The notes beneath the pieces were generated by a model, which saw only the letters and a list, made by a program, of their open reading frames with translations, made no database searches and had not been told where the DNA came from. A program made the translations under genes and the position numbers. Below, in pieces: positions 61,533-64,000 of a stretch of 64,000 bases of DNA (position 1 is the first letter of the stretch; each line of letters starts with the position of its first letter). Origin of the DNA: a virus; the IMG/VR virus record IMGVR_UViG_3300045988_173816, positions 160,001 through 224,000 of that record; one strand, given 5' to 3'.

Positions 61533-64000
61533 TGGATTGGCGAAATTCAAATGATGATTTAACGAGACAATCAGATGCTCGAAGGGAGCGAGAAAATCAA
61601 CCTTTTGAAAATGGGATTAGAGATAGAGACTCAGGGGGTTTCGGCGGTATGCGCCAAGGTCCAGGTGGCGACCCTTTAGCTCGTATGAGAGGTGCGCAAC
61701 CTGACCCTTTTGCAAATCGAGTAGGTGGAGGTTTACCTCCTAGACAACCGTTTGGACAACCTCAAGGGTATCCACAACAAAACCAACCCCCTCAACATTT
61801 GAGTCAACATGAAGATTGGATGGATAAAACTTTTAAAGTAGTTACAGGTTTGTGGAAACATTTAACTTCTTATGTGTGGCCTGTCTTGTCTGAGTCTGAT
61901 GATATGTTCAGAAGTGACTACAAACTAAGAAAAGGGTTAACTGCTGCTCTCTTCTATTATGGTGCAGTAGGTGGGTTCTCTTTCTTGTTTGGTTTGTTTA
62001 CGAAGTTTGCAACTGCACCAGTTATTTTCGTATCTCTTGTAGGCGGTGGAGCGAGTGGTGGTATTTTCTTGTATAAGAACTCTCAGAATAAGGAGTGGGG
62101 GTTGATTGATGACTCTCCAAAGGAAGAGACTTACCCTCAAGCACCTCAACCGTCAGAGTTTGGCGCTCCAAGGGGTTTTATGGATGATGGTTTTGGTTCT
62201 CCAAATTCTAATCCTATGGGTGATTTTGGACAACCTCCAAGAAGAGAAATTCCAAATGAATTTAGAAACTTTGGTTCAAGTGGTGGTTGGGATGATGAAG
62301 AGGAAGAACCTCCATTTCCCAAAAGACAAGGTTTTGAACCTATGATGAAACCAAATCCTACTCCATTTGATGATTTGGAAGAAGATGATTTAGAAACTCC
62401 TTCCAAGGGTATCCCCTTAAAAGGCGCAAGCGCTAAGGATATTTGGGGGAGCATAGACGATTCTGAAGATGATTTAGAAGATGAAACAGAAGAGACAGAG
62501 GGTAATTCAAATAGTTCCAGAGAAGAATTAGAGAATCCTAAAGTTGAAGAAGTTTCCGAAAGTGCATTTAGTGCAGATTTAGCAGGTGGTATCGTTGAAC
62601 CAGAGTTAGTTTCCCGTAGACTTCTTGTAGATAAGTATTTATCTCTTTTAGACGGTTCTAGCTTAAAACCTGATTGGTCTCGTGAGGTTCCAGAAGATAG
62701 TGTAGAGTTTAAACAATTAGAAACATTCCTTCGAGACGCCCAAACAGGTGGAGTTAAAGGTTTGTCTGAGATGGATTGGGTTAATGTGAAGTCTATTACA
62801 GAGCGAGTGTCTGTATTTGAGATTATTACTGATCGTCCAGAGAAATTAAAAGGTAAAGAAACTCTCTTTGCAAAAGAGATTACAGAGTTGCTGAAAGACC
62901 AAATGAAGGGTTATTTTGGAGATAATGTAACCACTACTGCAGTTGGTAAAGGTAGTCGTATTGCAATTACTATCTTTAAGCAAACAGGTACTTCCTTTAT
63001 GTTGAGAGATTTGATTGAGTCGAGTAAAGATTTCTTCTTAGACACGAAAAATGAACTTCCAGTTGTATTCGGAGCTGATGAATATGGAGAACCGATTCTT
63101 CTTGATTTAGCAAAACACACAGGTACAATTATTGCAGGGATGGCTCGAACAGGGAAGTCTGTTCTTGCTACGGGTATCGTTAATCAAATGATGGCTTTAA
63201 ACTCTCCTCGTAAGGTTCAAGTCGTAGCTGGTGATATGAAAAACAAAGACTCTGACTGGTATCAGATTACCTTACCTCACTTGCGTAAGTTTGCAACAGG
63301 TACAAAAGCGATTATGGACTTGCTTGATTGGGTTGTATCTGAGGAAGCCCCAAGAAGAAAGAGATTGATTGGTGACCAGTTGAAAATTCAAAACTACAAT
63401 GCGAATTGTTCGGATGAGTCTGAGCAGTTGCCTTACTTATTTGTAGTGTTGGATGAAATTATTTCTTTTGCTGAGAAGTTAGACAAAGATGAAAAAGCAG
63501 TGTATAAAGCTTATTTGAGTGAAATTTTAACTGCTTTCCCTAATGTCGGTATCTTCTTAATTTTCGTACCTCATCAACTACACAATGATTACTTCCCTAA
63601 AACGGCTTCTCGTATGGTGGGGAATAGATTTGCAGTTAAGGCAGGTCAACCAATTCAGAAAACGATTTGGGAAGACTCTTATCGTCAAATTGACTTCCCA
63701 ACCACCAACACAGGTGACTTTGCTTACACTCTCGCTGGGTCTGATGAGCCTAAGTTCGGTCACGCTCCTTTGATTATGAGCATGAGTGGTGGTAAAGAGC
63801 GTTTAGATAAGTTGTATGAAACTCAGCGTAAAATGTGGACGAAGTTATACCCAGAAGAAGCAGCTACATCTGCTTATGTCACTCGTTTGAAAAATGAGCA
63901 GGCAAGTGCAACGTTAGGTAAGCTCGGTATTCCAGTTTCGGACACGGATTTCGCAGAAGAAGACTCTTTACGTTTTCCTAAGTCTAATACAAGTAATGTA
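61532..64000 (+). CDS. FtsK/SpoIIIE-family (TcpA-like) type IV coupling protein, 3'-truncated by the window edge
   Basis: Frame open from ATG 61532 to the window end, which is why it is absent from the track. Low-complexity G/P/Q N-terminus, TM pair (ALFYYGAVGGFSFLFGLF..VIFVSLVGGGASGGIFL), Walker A IIAGMARTGKSV, Walker B YLFVVLDE. Confidence 0.85.
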   Translation, partial: MDWRNSNDDLTRQSDARRERENQPFENGIRDRDSGGFGGMRQGPGGDPLARMRGAQPDPFANRVGGGLPPRQPFGQPQGYPQQNQPPQHLSQHEDWMDKTFKVVTGLWKHLTSYVWPVLSESDDMFRSDYKLRKGLTAALFYYGAVGGFSFLFGLFTKFATAPVIFVSLVGGGASGGIFLYKNSQNKEWGLIDDSPKEETYPQAPQPSEFGAPRGFMDDGFGSPNSNPMGDFGQPPRREIPNEFRNFGSSGGWDDEEEEPPFPKRQGFEPMMKPNPTPFDDLEEDDLETPSKGIPLKGASAKDIWGSIDDSEDDLEDETEETEGNSNSSREELENPKVEEVSESAFSADLAGGIVEPELVSRRLLVDKYLSLLDGSSLKPDWSREVPEDSVEFKQLETFLRDAQTGGVKGLSEMDWVNVKSITERVSVFEIITDRPEKLKGKETLFAKEITELLKDQMKGYFGDNVTTTAVGKGSRIAITIFKQTGTSFMLRDLIESSKDFFLDTKNELPVVFGADEYGEPILLDLAKHTGTIIAGMARTGKSVLATGIVNQMMALNSPRKVQVVAGDMKNKDSDWYQITLPHLRKFATGTKAIMDLLDWVVSEEAPRRKRLIGDQLKIQNYNANCSDESEQLPYLFVVLDEIISFAEKLDKDEKAVYKAYLSEILTAFPNVGIFLIFVPHQLHNDYFPKTASRMVGNRFAVKAGQPIQKTIWEDSYRQIDFPTTNTGDFAYTLAGSDEPKFGHAPLIMSMSGGKERLDKLYETQRKMWTKLYPEEAATSAYVTRLKNEQASATLGKLGIPVSDTDFAEEDSLRFPKSNTSNV

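Noticed and set aside
1-64000. GGTATC enrichment explained as a protein motif, a codon-usage by-product or a restriction site (GTATCC is the BciVI-type IIS site)
   Set aside because: The word occurs in all three frames and in intergenic hairpins, so it is not a peptide motif. It uses C-ending codons that are otherwise disfavoured here, and the near-neutral control GGTATT is about half as frequent. Restriction sites are normally avoided rather than enriched, and a type IIS or type III explanation would account for the orientation bias but not for the 5-fold or greater excess. It also does not match the Chi words known to me for Firmicutes (AGCGG, GCGCGTG, GAAGCGG).
1-64000. Prophage or jumbo-phage interpretation of the long co-directional gene set
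   Set aside because: I recognise no terminase, portal, capsid, tail or holin signatures. VirB4-like and FtsK-type coupling ATPases, a CHAP hydrolase, LPXTG adhesins and a surface-exclusion protein all point to a conjugative element.

Overview
64 kb of low-GC, Firmicute-type DNA (LPXTG sorting signals, extended -10 TGnTATAAT promoters, GAGG-type RBSs). Every convincing gene (about 75) lies on the + strand. The content is that of a large Gram-positive conjugative element, plasmid or ICE. (1) 0.2-8.6 kb: cargo or leading-type block with an interleaved tandem array of small acidic paralogues, a secreted protein and an orphan HipA-like kinase. (2) 8.9-17 kb: pCF10-like surface module with an antigen I/II-family LPXTG adhesin and a PrgA/Sec10-like surface-exclusion protein. 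(3) 17.1-19.2 kb: decayed IS607-family element that keeps an intact TnpB. (4) 19.9-35 kb: about 17 mostly tightly spaced ORFs in which I recognise no domain. (5) 36-40.5 kb: replication-type genes (DnaX-like clamp-loader ATPase, NrdH-like redoxin, HU-like protein). (6) 40.5-43.8 kb: a ydjM/DUF457-like gene split by an IStron, i.e. a group I intron core plus IS607 tnpA/tnpB plus a putative omegaRNA. (7) 44-64 kb: type IV secretion block with polytopic membrane proteins, a three-domain cell-wall hydrolase, a VirB4-like ATPase and an FtsK/SpoIIIE-type coupling protein that runs off the 3' edge. No rRNA, tRNA or CRISPR array was seen. The most unusual signal belongs to no gene: 5'-GGTATC-3' occurs at least 98 times on the + strand (about one per 650 bp, in all three reading frames and in terminator loops). 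Its reverse complement occurs only twice. All coordinates, counts and motif calls come from manual reading; no search tool was run.
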